Below are positions 28,860 through 38,351 of a stretch of DNA of 64,000 bases, piece after piece. The number at the start of each line of letters is the position of its first letter. Position 1 is the stretch's first letter. The notes below the pieces were generated by a model. The model did not search any database, was not told where the DNA came from, and saw only the letters and a program-made list of their open reading frames with translations. The translations under genes and the position numbers were made by a program. The DNA comes from Candidatus Shapirobacteria bacterium (GTDB lineage: Bacteria > Patescibacteriota > Microgenomatia > UBA12405): positions 21,624-85,623 of the forward strand of contig JAGORQ010000001.1 in NCBI GenBank assembly GCA_018062705.1. The letters run 5' to 3'.

Positions 28860-29503
28860 TGTCGTATTTACAAATAAATGATTTTGATGCGGAGTTAGAG
28901 CAGTTGCAGTTGAAACACGGCAATCCGAGTATCTGTTCAATAAATGGAGCCGGTTGTATTGATAACCCAAGACTATTTCTTTTGTTTATGAATCCGACAG
29001 CAAAAAATGTATCGGCCAACAAAAACTGGAGAGGTTTGAGAGCGCCATGGATTGGGACAAAAAATATTTGGAAACTGCTACTTAAACTTAATTTAATAGA
29101 CAAGGAACAATTTGATAAAACTCAGAAATTAAAACCGACTGAGTGGACAACGGATTTTGCAGAAAGCTTATATAAAACTTTGGCTAATAATAAAATCTAT
29201 TTAAGCAATTTGGCTAAGTGTACTCAGGATGATGCCAGACCACTAAAGAATGCCGTGTTTAGGGAATATTTAGAGCTAACTAAAAAAGAAGTTTATAAAG
29301 TGTCAGCAATAAATATAGTTTCGTTTGGAGTGCAAGTGAGCGAAATTTTACTGGGAAAGAAAATTGAATTGAAAAGTTCGACTGAAGAAGAATTGGTGAT
29401 TGAGGACAAAAAGTTTAATATCTATCCAACTTATTACCCGGTGGGACAAGGAATGAGAAATATGGGTAAAGCGGTGGAGCGAATATCAGCGCTTCTTGGG
29501 TAA
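28859..29503 (+). CDS. Uracil-DNA glycosylase superfamily protein (family 4/5-like)
   Basis: UDG-like motif block (LFLLFMNPTA...) and overall ~210-aa size. The assignment is tentative. Confidence 0.4.
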   Translation: MSYLQINDFDAELEQLQLKHGNPSICSINGAGCIDNPRLFLLFMNPTAKNVSANKNWRGLRAPWIGTKNIWKLLLKLNLIDKEQFDKTQKLKPTEWTTDFAESLYKTLANNKIYLSNLAKCTQDDARPLKNAVFREYLELTKKEVYKVSAINIVSFGVQVSEILLGKKIELKSSTEEELVIEDKKFNIYPTYYPVGQGMRNMGKAVERISALLG

Positions 29504-30397
29504 ATCGTGGTGGAAGATTACTTTGCCAAGAGCTAGAGTCATGGGACGGTTTTTCATGGAGTCAAGAATTATTTTATTTAAATTATCGCGGTACTCAGCG
29601 GTGTCGGCAGACTCAAAATCGGGAATTAGTTCGGGGGAATTTTTTTGAAGATACTCGTAAAGTCGGGTTTTGATTTTGGAACTTTGATTGAGATGTTCAA
29701 ACCAAACTTCGGAAACTCCGGCATGCTGGAGCGCATCGAGCAATTCATTAATGGCTTTTTTATTATTGACAAAATGTGGCAGAATTGGACCGACAAAGGC
29801 GTAAGTGGAAACACCATTATCGTGTAATTGTTTTAGTGCTTCAATGCGAGCAGAAATAGGTGGTGCTAGAGGTTCGAGAAAGCGAGCCACTTGGTCGTCG
29901 AGTGTGGTGACAGTAAAACCAACTTGAACTTTTTTTAATTTTTTTAAAATATCAATATCTTGAGTAACCAAGGGTGATTTTGTTTGAATGCCAATTGCTC
30001 CTTCATAACCAAAATCAACAAAAACTTGAAGACATTGGCGGGTGATATGGTATTTGGCTTCGAGACCGGTGTAGGGGTCGGTGACCGAACTAAAAAAGAT
30101 AAAACCAAAATCTTTTGATGATTTAATTTTATTTTGGTGTGTAGAGACGCCAGGCCTGGCGTCTCTACGAGACAGCTTGTTTAATTCATTTTTTAATAAT
30201 TCAGGCGCGTTGGTTTTGACATCTAAATAACTCCCCCACTCTTCATCGGGGTGATGCCAGCGGGCTATTTGGGCGGCATAGCAGTACGTGCAACCGAGCT
30301 GGCAACCGCCGTAGGAATTAACTACCCAATCGGCACCAGGCAGACCGGATTTGGTGAGGATTGTTTTGGCGGTAATTTCGTTAATTTTGAGGAGCAT
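29486..30397 (-). CDS. Radical SAM protein of the spore-photoproduct-lyase/DNA-photolyase-like (SplB) type, carrying an in-frame family B palindrome insert
   Basis: The CxxxCxxC cluster (CQLGCTYC) near the N-terminus and the overall architecture fit SplB-like rSAM. Residues SRRDARPGVST are encoded by the palindrome at 30141..30168. Confidence 0.55.
   Translation of the reverse strand: MLLKINEITAKTILTKSGLPGADWVVNSYGGCQLGCTYCYAAQIARWHHPDEEWGSYLDVKTNAPELLKNELNKLSRRDARPGVSTHQNKIKSSKDFGFIFFSSVTDPYTGLEAKYHITRQCLQVFVDFGYEGAIGIQTKSPLVTQDIDILKKLKKVQVGFTVTTLDDQVARFLEPLAPPISARIEALKQLHDNGVSTYAFVGPILPHFVNNKKAINELLDALQHAGVSEVWFEHLNQSSKIKTRLYEYLQKNSPELIPDFESADTAEYRDNLNKIILDSMKNRPMTLALGKVIFHHDLPKKR
30141..30168. 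repeat. Family B palindrome (GTAGAGACGCCAGGCCTGGCGTCTCTAC) in-frame inside the radical SAM gene
   Basis: Perfect 28-nt palindrome. The minus-strand reading frame passes through it without a stop. Confidence 0.6.
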
Positions 30398-31588
30398 TTA
30401 TTTTTTGGTAGTTTTGTTAATATAATACTTTTTATTTTTAACTTTATCGGGTAGTAACGATTCGGTGGTGTATTTTTCATACCCTTTGCCGTAGCCGAGG
30501 TCTTTCATCAGATCGGTAGGAGAATTGCGTAAATTCATCGGAATAGGCAAGTTTCCATAGGTCTTGATATCCGCTTGGGCTAAGCGGAGGCCGTCGTAGG
30601 CGGAGCGGTTTTTGGGGGAGAGGGCCAGATAGGTAACCCCATGGGCCAGGTTGATGGCACATTCAGGATAACCAATTTGGGTGACAGCTTGAAAGACTTG
30701 GTTGGCCAACATTAAGGCAGAAGAGTTGGCTACTCCAATATCTTCGGAGGCAAAAATCACCATCCGCCGGGCAATAAACTTGGGGTCCTCCCCCGCTTCA
30801 ACCATCCGTGCCAAGTAATAAAGAGCCGCATCGGGATTTGAGGCACGCATACTTTTAATGAAGGCACTAATAGTGTTGTAGTGTTCCTCGCCTTTTTTGT
30901 CGAAACGTAAATAAGAATTTTGGAGAGTGGATTTGAGAGTGTCGATAGTGATTTTTTGGTAGAGAGTAAAGGCGTTGTCCAACATGGTGATGGCTTGGCG
31001 GGCATCACCGTTGGCCATTTGAATTAGCCAATCTTTGGCTTTTTTGTCAATCCCCCCTTTAGTCCCCCCTTTGACAAGGGGGGAAAGAATATCTATACAG
31101 CGTTTTATTATTTGACCCATTTCATCGTCGGATAATTCTTTGAGAACAAAGACACGGCAGCGGGATAATAATGGAGAAATGACCTCGAAACTGGGATTTT
31201 CGGTGGTGGCACCGATGAGAGTTAGTAGACCTGATTCAACATAAGGCAGGAGAAAATCTTGTTGGGCTTTGTTGAAGCGATGAATTTCGTCTAAAAATAA
31301 TATTTTTTTGTTGAGGCCGGGCTGACCTGACCCAATAATTTTTTTGATATCGTCTTTACTAGCAGAAACAGCTGATAACTCATATAAATCGGCCTGGGAT
31401 TCGTGGGCAATAATTTTGGCGAGAGTAGTTTTACCCACACCGGGTGGGCCCCAAAAAATCATCGAGAAAATCTGATGATTGTCGATAGCCATTTTTAGAG
31501 GCTTCCCCTCCCCGACTAAATGAGTTTGGCCGACAAAGTCGGCTAGGGATTTTGGTCTTAATAGTGAAGCTAAAGGTTGAGTTAACAT
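30398..31588 (-). CDS. rarA: Replication-associated recombination protein A (AAA+ ATPase MgsA/RarA)
   Basis: Walker A (GPPGVGKTT), Walker B ([10 protein letters not shown]), and the characteristic C-terminal MgsA helical domain. Confidence 0.85.
   Translation of the reverse strand: MLTQPLASLLRPKSLADFVGQTHLVGEGKPLKMAIDNHQIFSMIFWGPPGVGKTTLAKIIAHESQADLYELSAVSASKDDIKKIIGSGQPGLNKKILFLDEIHRFNKAQQDFLLPYVESGLLTLIGATTENPSFEVISPLLSRCRVFVLKELSDDEMGQIIKRCIDILSPLVKGGTKGGIDKKAKDWLIQMANGDARQAITMLDNAFTLYQKITIDTLKSTLQNSYLRFDKKGEEHYNTISAFIKSMRASNPDAALYYLARMVEAGEDPKFIARRMVIFASEDIGVANSSALMLANQVFQAVTQIGYPECAINLAHGVTYLALSPKNRSAYDGLRLAQADIKTYGNLPIPMNLRNSPTDLMKDLGYGKGYEKYTTESLLPDKVKNKKYYINKTTKK
31049..31090. repeat. 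Degenerate family E-like hairpin (AATCCCCCCTTTAGTCCCCCCTTTGACAAGGGGGGAAAG) in-frame in rarA (encodes ~[14 protein letters not shown])
   Basis: Shares AATCCC...CCCCCTTTGA(C/A)(G/A)AAGGGGG with family E copies. Confidence 0.3.
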
Positions 31589-31667
31589 TTTTGGGTTTTA
31601 TTTGGATGTCTTAGAATATAATTTATTATTAATTTAATCAAGTTGGAAGTGTTGTACAATAGTCGGC

Positions 31668-31994
31668 ATGTCAGAAGATATAAGTAAGCAACAGCTGGAG
31701 GCTATATATGCGAATGCGTTTAAACGATTGGGAGAACGATGTGTCCTTAGTCGGTCAGATTTGGCGAAGATAGCTGTTGAAGTTGGTTTAAAAGAAAAAA
31801 GCCTAGGTCCCCAGTTTTTAGAAGCGTCTATTAGAAGCCGTTTCATGGTGGATAATAATAGGCCGTTAACAGTGGTTCTGGTGGGTCAGGAAAGATTACT
31901 GTGGGATAGTCAGTTTCCACTGGAGAGAACAAACATTAGCCAAATAGTTGAGAGAAAGAATGGGGCCAAAAACAGACGGGTGAGAATTTTATAA
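31668..31994 (+). CDS. Hypothetical protein
   Basis: 108-aa ORF with no recognisable motif. Confidence 0.35.
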   Translation: MSEDISKQQLEAIYANAFKRLGERCVLSRSDLAKIAVEVGLKEKSLGPQFLEASIRSRFMVDNNRPLTVVLVGQERLLWDSQFPLERTNISQIVERKNGAKNRRVRIL

Positions 31995-32056
31995 AGATAT
32001 AGGCCTTTTTAATTATTAGATGAAGCTGTCAAGATGCTTTGATATAATCACTGATT

Positions 32057-32908
32057 ATGAAAAAGTTGGCCGGAATAATTTTATTATTGACGGTGTTTTT
32101 TGTTGGTCTATTAAATAGTAAGCATATTTATAGGGCTAAATTGGTGGTGGCTGATGCGCCTGTTGTTCCGACACTTACGCCAACCTTGATACCGACGCCA
32201 TCAATAAAGGTATTATCTTTTGAGGAAATGAATAAATATTATGGTCCTTGCGTGGTGGCGCCAACTCTCATGTACCACCACATTCAACCAGAGGTGGAGG
32301 CAAAAACAAAAGGTCAGGGTGGGCTAAGTATTAGCCCCGACTGGCTTAGAAAACACTTGGAATATCTAAGGATGAACGGCTACACAATAATTGATGCGCA
32401 TGATTTAAATGGTTTTTTTGACAATGGTTTGAAACTGCCAAATAAACCAGTAATTATTACTTGGGACGATGCTTACGAAGACAACTATTCTTTTGCCTTG
32501 CCAATTATTCGAGAACAGGTGGCCAAGGTAACCCTGTTTACACCAACTGGTTTGGTAACTAATCCTGACTATTTGAATTGGGAGCAGATTCGTGAAATGG
32601 CAGGCAGTGGTTTGGTATATTTTGGCAACCACACCTGGTCACACCAGAGCATGAAAACAACTGCTGAGAAAATTAGAGAGGAAATCGGAACAGCCGACAA
32701 ACAGCTTGTAGAGCACGGATTAAATAGTCACAAGGTATTTGCCTACCCATACGGTAGTTATAGTAAACTGGCTGAGGAAGAATTAAAAAGGCTGGGATAT
32801 GGTTTGGCTTTTGGCACTAAGAGTGGAAAAATTTTATGCAAGGGAATGAGGCTAGATTTGCCGAGAGTGAGGGTGGGGAATGCGCCGCTGTCGAGGTATG
32901 GAATATAA
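32057..32908 (+). CDS. Polysaccharide deacetylase (CE4/NodB), secreted; second paralog
   Basis: N-terminal TM, then ITWDDAYEDN ... GNHTWSHQSM motifs. Confidence 0.75.
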   Translation: MKKLAGIILLLTVFFVGLLNSKHIYRAKLVVADAPVVPTLTPTLIPTPSIKVLSFEEMNKYYGPCVVAPTLMYHHIQPEVEAKTKGQGGLSISPDWLRKHLEYLRMNGYTIIDAHDLNGFFDNGLKLPNKPVIITWDDAYEDNYSFALPIIREQVAKVTLFTPTGLVTNPDYLNWEQIREMAGSGLVYFGNHTWSHQSMKTTAEKIREEIGTADKQLVEHGLNSHKVFAYPYGSYSKLAEEELKRLGYGLAFGTKSGKILCKGMRLDLPRVRVGNAPLSRYGI

Positions 32909-32912
32909 AAAA

Positions 32913-32955
32913 TAGATTTAAGATTTAAGATGTAAGATTTATGAATAAGACAAAG
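32913..32955. repeat. Family D element immediately after the deacetylase stop
   Basis: tagatttaagatttaagatgtaagatttatgaataagacaaag. Confidence 0.55.
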
Positions 32956-32970
32956 ATGTTAAAATAAATT

Positions 32971-33114
32971 ATGATATTAAGAAATATTTCTCCGCTAATG
33001 TCTTTGATTTTTGGATTTTTGATTTTGATTAATCCAAAATTGTTGTCGGTGCTGGTGGCAATTTATTTGATTGTTACTGGGCTAATTGGATTGGGTGTGC
33101 TGAGGCTTGGATAA
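32971..33114 (+). CDS. Small (47 aa) two-TM hydrophobic protein, not in the ORF track (below its length cutoff)
   Basis: ATG at 32971, TAA at 33112..33114, translation MILRNISPLMSLIFGFLILINPKLLSVLVAIYLIVTGLIGLGVLRLG. Its 3' end overlaps the convergent gene 33074..34072. Confidence 0.3.
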   Translation: MILRNISPLMSLIFGFLILINPKLLSVLVAIYLIVTGLIGLGVLRLG

Positions 33115-34072
33115 ACTTTTTTTCTAATTTTTCGAGCTTGCGGGTTTTTCGGGCAAGGCTGTTTAATGAATCCTGGGCAGATTGATTTAGCTCATGAGGG
33201 GAGATTAATTTTTCCATAACCTCACTATAATAGTGGTGAAATTCCTGTAACCTTTTTTCTTTGGTACTTGAGTTCCGGGAGTGCCTTAAGGTGGCGATGG
33301 TGCTTTTTGTGAGTCGACGCAAAAATAATATTGCATGGTTAGGCGATAAGGAAGCATAGGCACTTAGATCAGGATTAAAGTCTTGTTTTTCGTAGTGAGA
33401 GACACTAACTCCATACATTCGACCACTAGTAGAGATTACTGTTTTACCTTGGTTTGGCAGATATCCTAGGTTCTGGTAAGCTTGCTCTTCGGATACTGTT
33501 TCACTGATAAATACAGGATAAACTTCGGCGTAGGGTGAGGGGAAATCTTTTTTTGGATTAATAGAGTCACTGATGCCAGGACCAACATAGACGATAGTTT
33601 CACCGGTACTAATTTTATGAAGCTGAGAATCGTGGGGGTCGGGAATTTGACTCTGAAATAGCTCGCAAACTTTTTGTTGACGAAGATTGTTGTCCATTTC
33701 TAGATACTTTGGATGTAAGAAAAAAGCTACGTTGTTAGTAGTCACCAAGGCATCGTTTTCACCCCATATTTCCAATTCATTTGTCTCAATAAATGGTTGT
33801 AGCTCTGTCCAGATTTCTGGACTACAACATAATACAGGAATGGTAAGGTCAATATCTTTGCCTTTGGCCCGATTTTCGGAAATTCCCGGACGAAGGTCGG
33901 CGATAATTGAGCCAATACGGTTGAGGATATGATAAGGACATTTGGGTAAAAGATCTAATAATGGCGCCAGTTTTTCGGGTGCATTAATAGATTCAGGTAA
34001 AGAATTGACCCGATGACCAAGTAAGTGCGTCAAATCTTCATTGATGTTCTGCATAGTTGAGACTATAGCCAC
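33074..34072 (-). CDS. Hypothetical cytoplasmic protein (332 aa), first gene of an uncharacterised three-gene cassette
   Basis: Long ORF with no recognisable domain. Overlaps the downstream regulator gene by 35 nt. Confidence 0.45.
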   Translation of the reverse strand: MAIVSTMQNINEDLTHLLGHRVNSLPESINAPEKLAPLLDLLPKCPYHILNRIGSIIADLRPGISENRAKGKDIDLTIPVLCCSPEIWTELQPFIETNELEIWGENDALVTTNNVAFFLHPKYLEMDNNLRQQKVCELFQSQIPDPHDSQLHKISTGETIVYVGPGISDSINPKKDFPSPYAEVYPVFISETVSEEQAYQNLGYLPNQGKTVISTSGRMYGVSVSHYEKQDFNPDLSAYASLSPNHAILFLRRLTKSTIATLRHSRNSSTKEKRLQEFHHYYSEVMEKLISPHELNQSAQDSLNSLARKTRKLEKLEKKFIQASAHPIQLAQ

Positions 34073-35129
34073 GGCCGCGACTGGTAGAAATTAATGTAGA
34101 TGGTAAGCCAATGTCAACTAACTTTTGACGGAGGCGGGAAATTAATTTGTCGATAGCTGAATCGGAAACTGTAAGAGGATTTTTGTGCCAACAAATTTCA
34201 ATTAACTGATCGCGGTTGATAAATTTTTCTTGAGACATTTTAACCAATAACTCTATTTCGTGCGGGGCAAAATAGCTATTGATTTCTGATTCACCAAGAA
34301 AAATGTTTTTATTTGACGAATCAATTACAAATTTATCGATTACTTTAAAGTTACTTAAAGTATGTGTCAAAGCAAGACTGATAACTTGGTTGGAAGTGTT
34401 GGTTAGTCCTAGTTTTTGAAAGTGAAGTTTGAAATCATCATCTTGTTTGGTAATATTTTTTAGTCTGACAATTTCAGTAACAGGTAACTGGTTGAGAAGC
34501 TTGATGGAGACAGGGTGCAAGTTATTTACTATTTCATCTTCAGATTTGGTTATTAGTGAAAATTCAAAAACCTTTTTGACTAAATAGGGGTAGCCGCCGG
34601 TAACACTTTGAATTTTCTGCAATTGGGCATTGGTGTAGTCAGTTGAAAAACGTTTTGAATAATGCTCAATTAACTCGGGAAATTCACTATTGCCAGCCAA
34701 CGGAAAATAGTCCAACTGTCGAGATGACGCTGATACTCCATACCAATTTGGATTTGAATAAAAATGATAAATAAGGTTGGTGTTTTTGCGGTGCTGATTG
34801 CGAAGCTTTTCAATTAGCTCATAGGTTTCTACACATTTGTTGGAAAACAAAGGAAAATTCTCAATCAAAAAGTAAGTTGGCCGTGAATTATTGTTTAAAC
34901 TAAATTTTTGGTCGAGGTAGTCAGCTAGTTTATCTGGATGAAGGGATATATCAATAATTGACAGTTCGTTTTCTAGCTCGAGCAAATTAAATGCCTCACT
35001 AATAGTTCTTTTGATACCAGACTTTGGTAGTCCGATAAAAAATGAATTCAGACGCTCTTCAATAATTTTTTTTAGTGTATCGGCTGTTGAGGCTACACGG
35101 TAGACAAATTTAATTGGTTGACTGTCCAT
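34038..35129 (-). CDS. Transcriptional regulator: N-terminal P-loop-like/ATPase-like region plus C-terminal OmpR/PhoB-type winged helix
   Basis: C-terminal trans_reg_C signature (LTVSDSAIDKLISRLRQKL...SRGRGYSL). N-terminal degenerate GxxxxGxK (GLPKSGIKRT). Confidence 0.5.
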   Translation of the reverse strand: MDSQPIKFVYRVASTADTLKKIIEERLNSFFIGLPKSGIKRTISEAFNLLELENELSIIDISLHPDKLADYLDQKFSLNNNSRPTYFLIENFPLFSNKCVETYELIEKLRNQHRKNTNLIYHFYSNPNWYGVSASSRQLDYFPLAGNSEFPELIEHYSKRFSTDYTNAQLQKIQSVTGGYPYLVKKVFEFSLITKSEDEIVNNLHPVSIKLLNQLPVTEIVRLKNITKQDDDFKLHFQKLGLTNTSNQVISLALTHTLSNFKVIDKFVIDSSNKNIFLGESEINSYFAPHEIELLVKMSQEKFINRDQLIEICWHKNPLTVSDSAIDKLISRLRQKLVDIGLPSTLISTSRGRGYSLNYAEHQ

Positions 35130-35230
35130 TTAGTAATTCTAGCACGCAGAAAAACAGACAAACTGTGTCAGATAATGTCAGGTAACTATGTAACCTATAA
35201 GTTATATTGTGGTCAATATTTAATTAAATA

Positions 35231-36866
35231 TATGAAGAAATTAATTGAAGGACAAAATATTGGTGAGAAAAAACCAAACCCAGCATTTGAATCTCAGATC
35301 GAAAGGCTGACGTTTTGGGGAAATGTGGAACTGGAGAGATTTGATTTTGTCGATGAAAAATACCTTCAAGGTTTATTTTTAAGTAGTCACTATCAATTAC
35401 TAGACGAAGATGGGAGCGAAATCATTTCTTCTTTAAAGGGTGAGAGATTATTTAGCTTTTTAAAAGATACTACAAAAAACCAATGGCCAACAGAAGTTGT
35501 TGACTTAGCTGAAAATCCGAGTGGAGATTTAGTAGAATTTTTAAGTTCAGAAAATATAGGCGATGAAGAATATGAGAGGATTATAAAGGTCAGCCAGATA
35601 ATGGCTACCAGAGCATACGAAAAAGTTGATAAAACTACGCCTCAAGAAAACAGACTGATTGATAACGGTGTGTCGGTGGCGGATATGGTGATACAAGTAA
35701 TGAATGCAGGGATAGAAAATAAAAACATGTTGCCAATGACGAATGGAAGCTGGAGAAACACAATTATTGATTTGGTTTCATCTGAGGAGCTTGAAGCCTA
35801 TACAAGAAATCTAAATTACGTTGATGGAATATTGGATAACAGAGACTGGTATAAGGATATGGGAATTGACCTACTAAAGAAGAGCCTGACAGAAGAATTA
35901 AGTGGTAGCCCATTACAAAAAACAAAAGAATTAATTGAAATACTGACGATAAGACCTCGGGCAATCACTGATTGTGCAAAAGAATTGATTCACACCACGA
36001 TTAGATATAGTCAAAACGCAAAGTTGATGATGGGAATGTTGGTTAAATACGCCGATTTAGCTCAACAAGATATTGACGGGACAATGAAGATTCCAAATTA
36101 TTGGCACATGTCACAGCTCTTTAAGTATACAAACAATAAAATAGAATCAGGTTTAGCTATTCCTATGGAGCCAGATCAAGGACAATCTTGGGAAGAAACT
36201 GTGATTAAAAATATGAAAAATCCAAATCGGTTCAGAGAAGTGCTAGAAAAATGGAGAAAAAGAGATGATTTAAGTGTTGAACAGGCTTCGGTCGATTTGT
36301 TTTTAGATGGTGCGATTAGGGACGATCTTTCGGTTAATAGTTATCTAAATATATTTAATAACCCTGGACTGATAACAAAATTAATACCAACACTGGAGGC
36401 TTCAGTAAATTATTCCCTTGGAGCTAATAATTTGGCGAGAAAAATATTGCATGTGGCTGAGGCTGGTCAAAGATTCAAAGAAAAAATCAATGCTGGTCTT
36501 AAAGTCGAGGTTGTTGTTTTAAAAGATAACAAGGAAACTATAAAAATTGGTTTAGACCTAGGAAAAGTAAAAGGTAATCTAACCAAAACAATAGATGGAG
36601 CCACCAATCGAAATAGACAAGGCGAATGGTTAAGTGTGACTCCCAATGGTCGGGTACATTTGGCTGTTGGTGAACATACACCGGGAGGAAAACTGTTGAA
36701 CAATGCTTTGGTCTGGAAAGAAATTGGACAAAGAATAAATATGAAACTGAGAATATTGCCAATTGGAAAATCCAGCACCACAAGATATTTGATGGATATC
36801 CCCCAAAATGGCGAATTAGTTGTCAGCAAACCACCACAAGAATGGCGGTTTAGACTTTCTGAATAA
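35231..36866 (+). CDS. Large hypothetical cytoplasmic protein (about 545-580 aa) divergent from the regulator
   Basis: Long ORF with no TM or signal and no recognisable motif. The ORF-track start at 35118 overlaps the divergent gene, so the internal ATG at 35231 (MKKLIEGQ) is preferred. Confidence 0.45.
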
Positions 36867-36918
36867 TGATGACGATTCTCAATACCTTTTTTGAGGTTGT
36901 GGTAAAAATCTAGGGCGA

Positions 36919-37266
36919 TTAGTTTTTTTTAAGTACAAGTTTGCCGTTTTCTATGGTAGCACTATCTGGAACAGCTATCATTGTAACCTTGGTACATTTT
37001 CTAATACCCAGCGCGTGCAACCACGAGTTTCCAGAATAAAAAGTTTCCTTGCATCCTAATTGGTATCTAAACTCATGTGTCCCTCTGAGATTGGGAATAG
37101 GTAACCCACCGTATTCAGCCTCAAGGACTACAAACATCTCAAAATTTTTTACCCGAGCAGAGGAATGGTGGTTAATTTTTGAGTGAGGAACAGTGTCTCC
37201 TGTGGCCAAGAAAGATACAACTTTTTTTTCGTCTGGAACTTCAACAGTGACAAAAGCTTTTGCCAT
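36919..37266 (-). CDS. Hypothetical protein
   Basis: 115-aa ORF. Confidence 0.3.
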   Translation of the reverse strand: MAKAFVTVEVPDEKKVVSFLATGDTVPHSKINHHSSARVKNFEMFVVLEAEYGGLPIPNLRGTHEFRYQLGCKETFYSGNSWLHALGIRKCTKVTMIAVPDSATIENGKLVLKKN

Positions 37267-37305
37267 ATTTCTATGTATTATAAGTCACTATCTCGTTTTA
37301 GTCAA

Positions 37306-38169
37306 CTAGGCTCTCTTTTTAATAAAATACCAATATATGATAACTAGTAGAAATATTATTGGAGAGTATACTGCTCCCCAGATAAGGAAATTGCCGAGAT
37401 TGCGGACATTGGCAATCAGGGAGCGGACGGCTTCTTTGAAAACTACGGCCGGGCGCCACTCGTTGGTAGGAGCGTATGGTAGAGCTAGTTCATCGGTGGA
37501 TAAATAGATGGATATTTTGGTAAGTTTGGCTGATTGCTCGTAGTATTTTTGTTGACCTTTGATACTGTCAATTTGTTGCTGAATGTTGGTTAGCTGTTGC
37601 TGAACATTCATTAGATCATTAACTTGGGTGGCTTTGGCCAAAATTTCCTGAAACTTTTGTTTGGTTTGAAGCAGAACTTCTAGCTGGGCATCAAGATCGG
37701 TGTACTGATCGGTAACATCATTGGCATAAACGGATCGGGAAACGACTTTGACGGCTAGCTTGGAAAATTCGGTCATAGCTTCTGATCTTTTTTCTTCAGG
37801 GACACGAACAGAGATATTGCCCGAAGCCGATTGGTCAGGACGATTAAGATTTGAATTGATCATATAGCCACCAAGGTTTTTGGTAGTAACTTCGATTTGA
37901 GAGATAGAGGCTGGGACATCTTTAACTTGAAGCGACAAACTAGTGTCTTGAATGACTAGCCGATTGGCAGAATCGGAAAGGGCTACTTCTCGAGTGGGCA
38001 TCATTTTCGAAGAGACAGAATCAAAGGCAAGACCGCCTGAACCGGCCATCATAGTATTAATTCCACCTCCAGCTATAGGAATGGTGGGAGAGGTGCTGGA
38101 CCGACCATAAACAAATGCAATCGTAACGATAACTAAAATTAACCAGTTTTGTTTGAGCCAATTGATCAT
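37306..38169 (-). CDS. DUF4349-like protein: N-terminal TM, coiled-coil, C-terminal TM
   Basis: Coiled-coil block (QLEVLLQTKQKFQEILAKATQVNDLMNVQQQLTNIQQQIDSIKGQQKYYEQ) and a C-terminal hydrophobic anchor. Start taken at MINWLKQNW, because the upstream part of the track ORF lies over repeat C2. Confidence 0.4.
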   Translation of the reverse strand: MINWLKQNWLILVIVTIAFVYGRSSTSPTIPIAGGGINTMMAGSGGLAFDSVSSKMMPTREVALSDSANRLVIQDTSLSLQVKDVPASISQIEVTTKNLGGYMINSNLNRPDQSASGNISVRVPEEKRSEAMTEFSKLAVKVVSRSVYANDVTDQYTDLDAQLEVLLQTKQKFQEILAKATQVNDLMNVQQQLTNIQQQIDSIKGQQKYYEQSAKLTKISIYLSTDELALPYAPTNEWRPAVVFKEAVRSLIANVRNLGNFLIWGAVYSPIIFLLVIIYWYFIKKRA

Positions 38170-38198
38170 ATATTTAAAGTATAGCACCACCATACTTT

Positions 38199-38346
38199 CG
38201 TCATTGCGATCCGCCAGTTGGCGGAGTGGCAATCCCAACGAGATTGCTTCGTCCCCTTCGGCTACGCTCAGGGTCCTCGCAATGACCCTTCGACTTCGCT
38301 CACAATCCTCGTTATAACCCTTCGACTTCGCTCAGGGTTATAACGT
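38199..38346. repeat. Family C composite element in a divergent promoter region; includes a duplicated CTTCGACTTCGCTCA(G/C) submodule
   Basis: gtcattgcga...ggcaatcccaacgagattgcttcg...cctcgcaatgacc, then two copies of cttcgacttcgctca. Confidence 0.5.
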
Positions 38347-38351
38347 ATTAT

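Noticed and set aside
36919-37266. Metallophosphoesterase assignment for 36919..37266
   Set aside because: It has weak GD/GN-like fragments only, and the protein is too short. Left as hypothetical.
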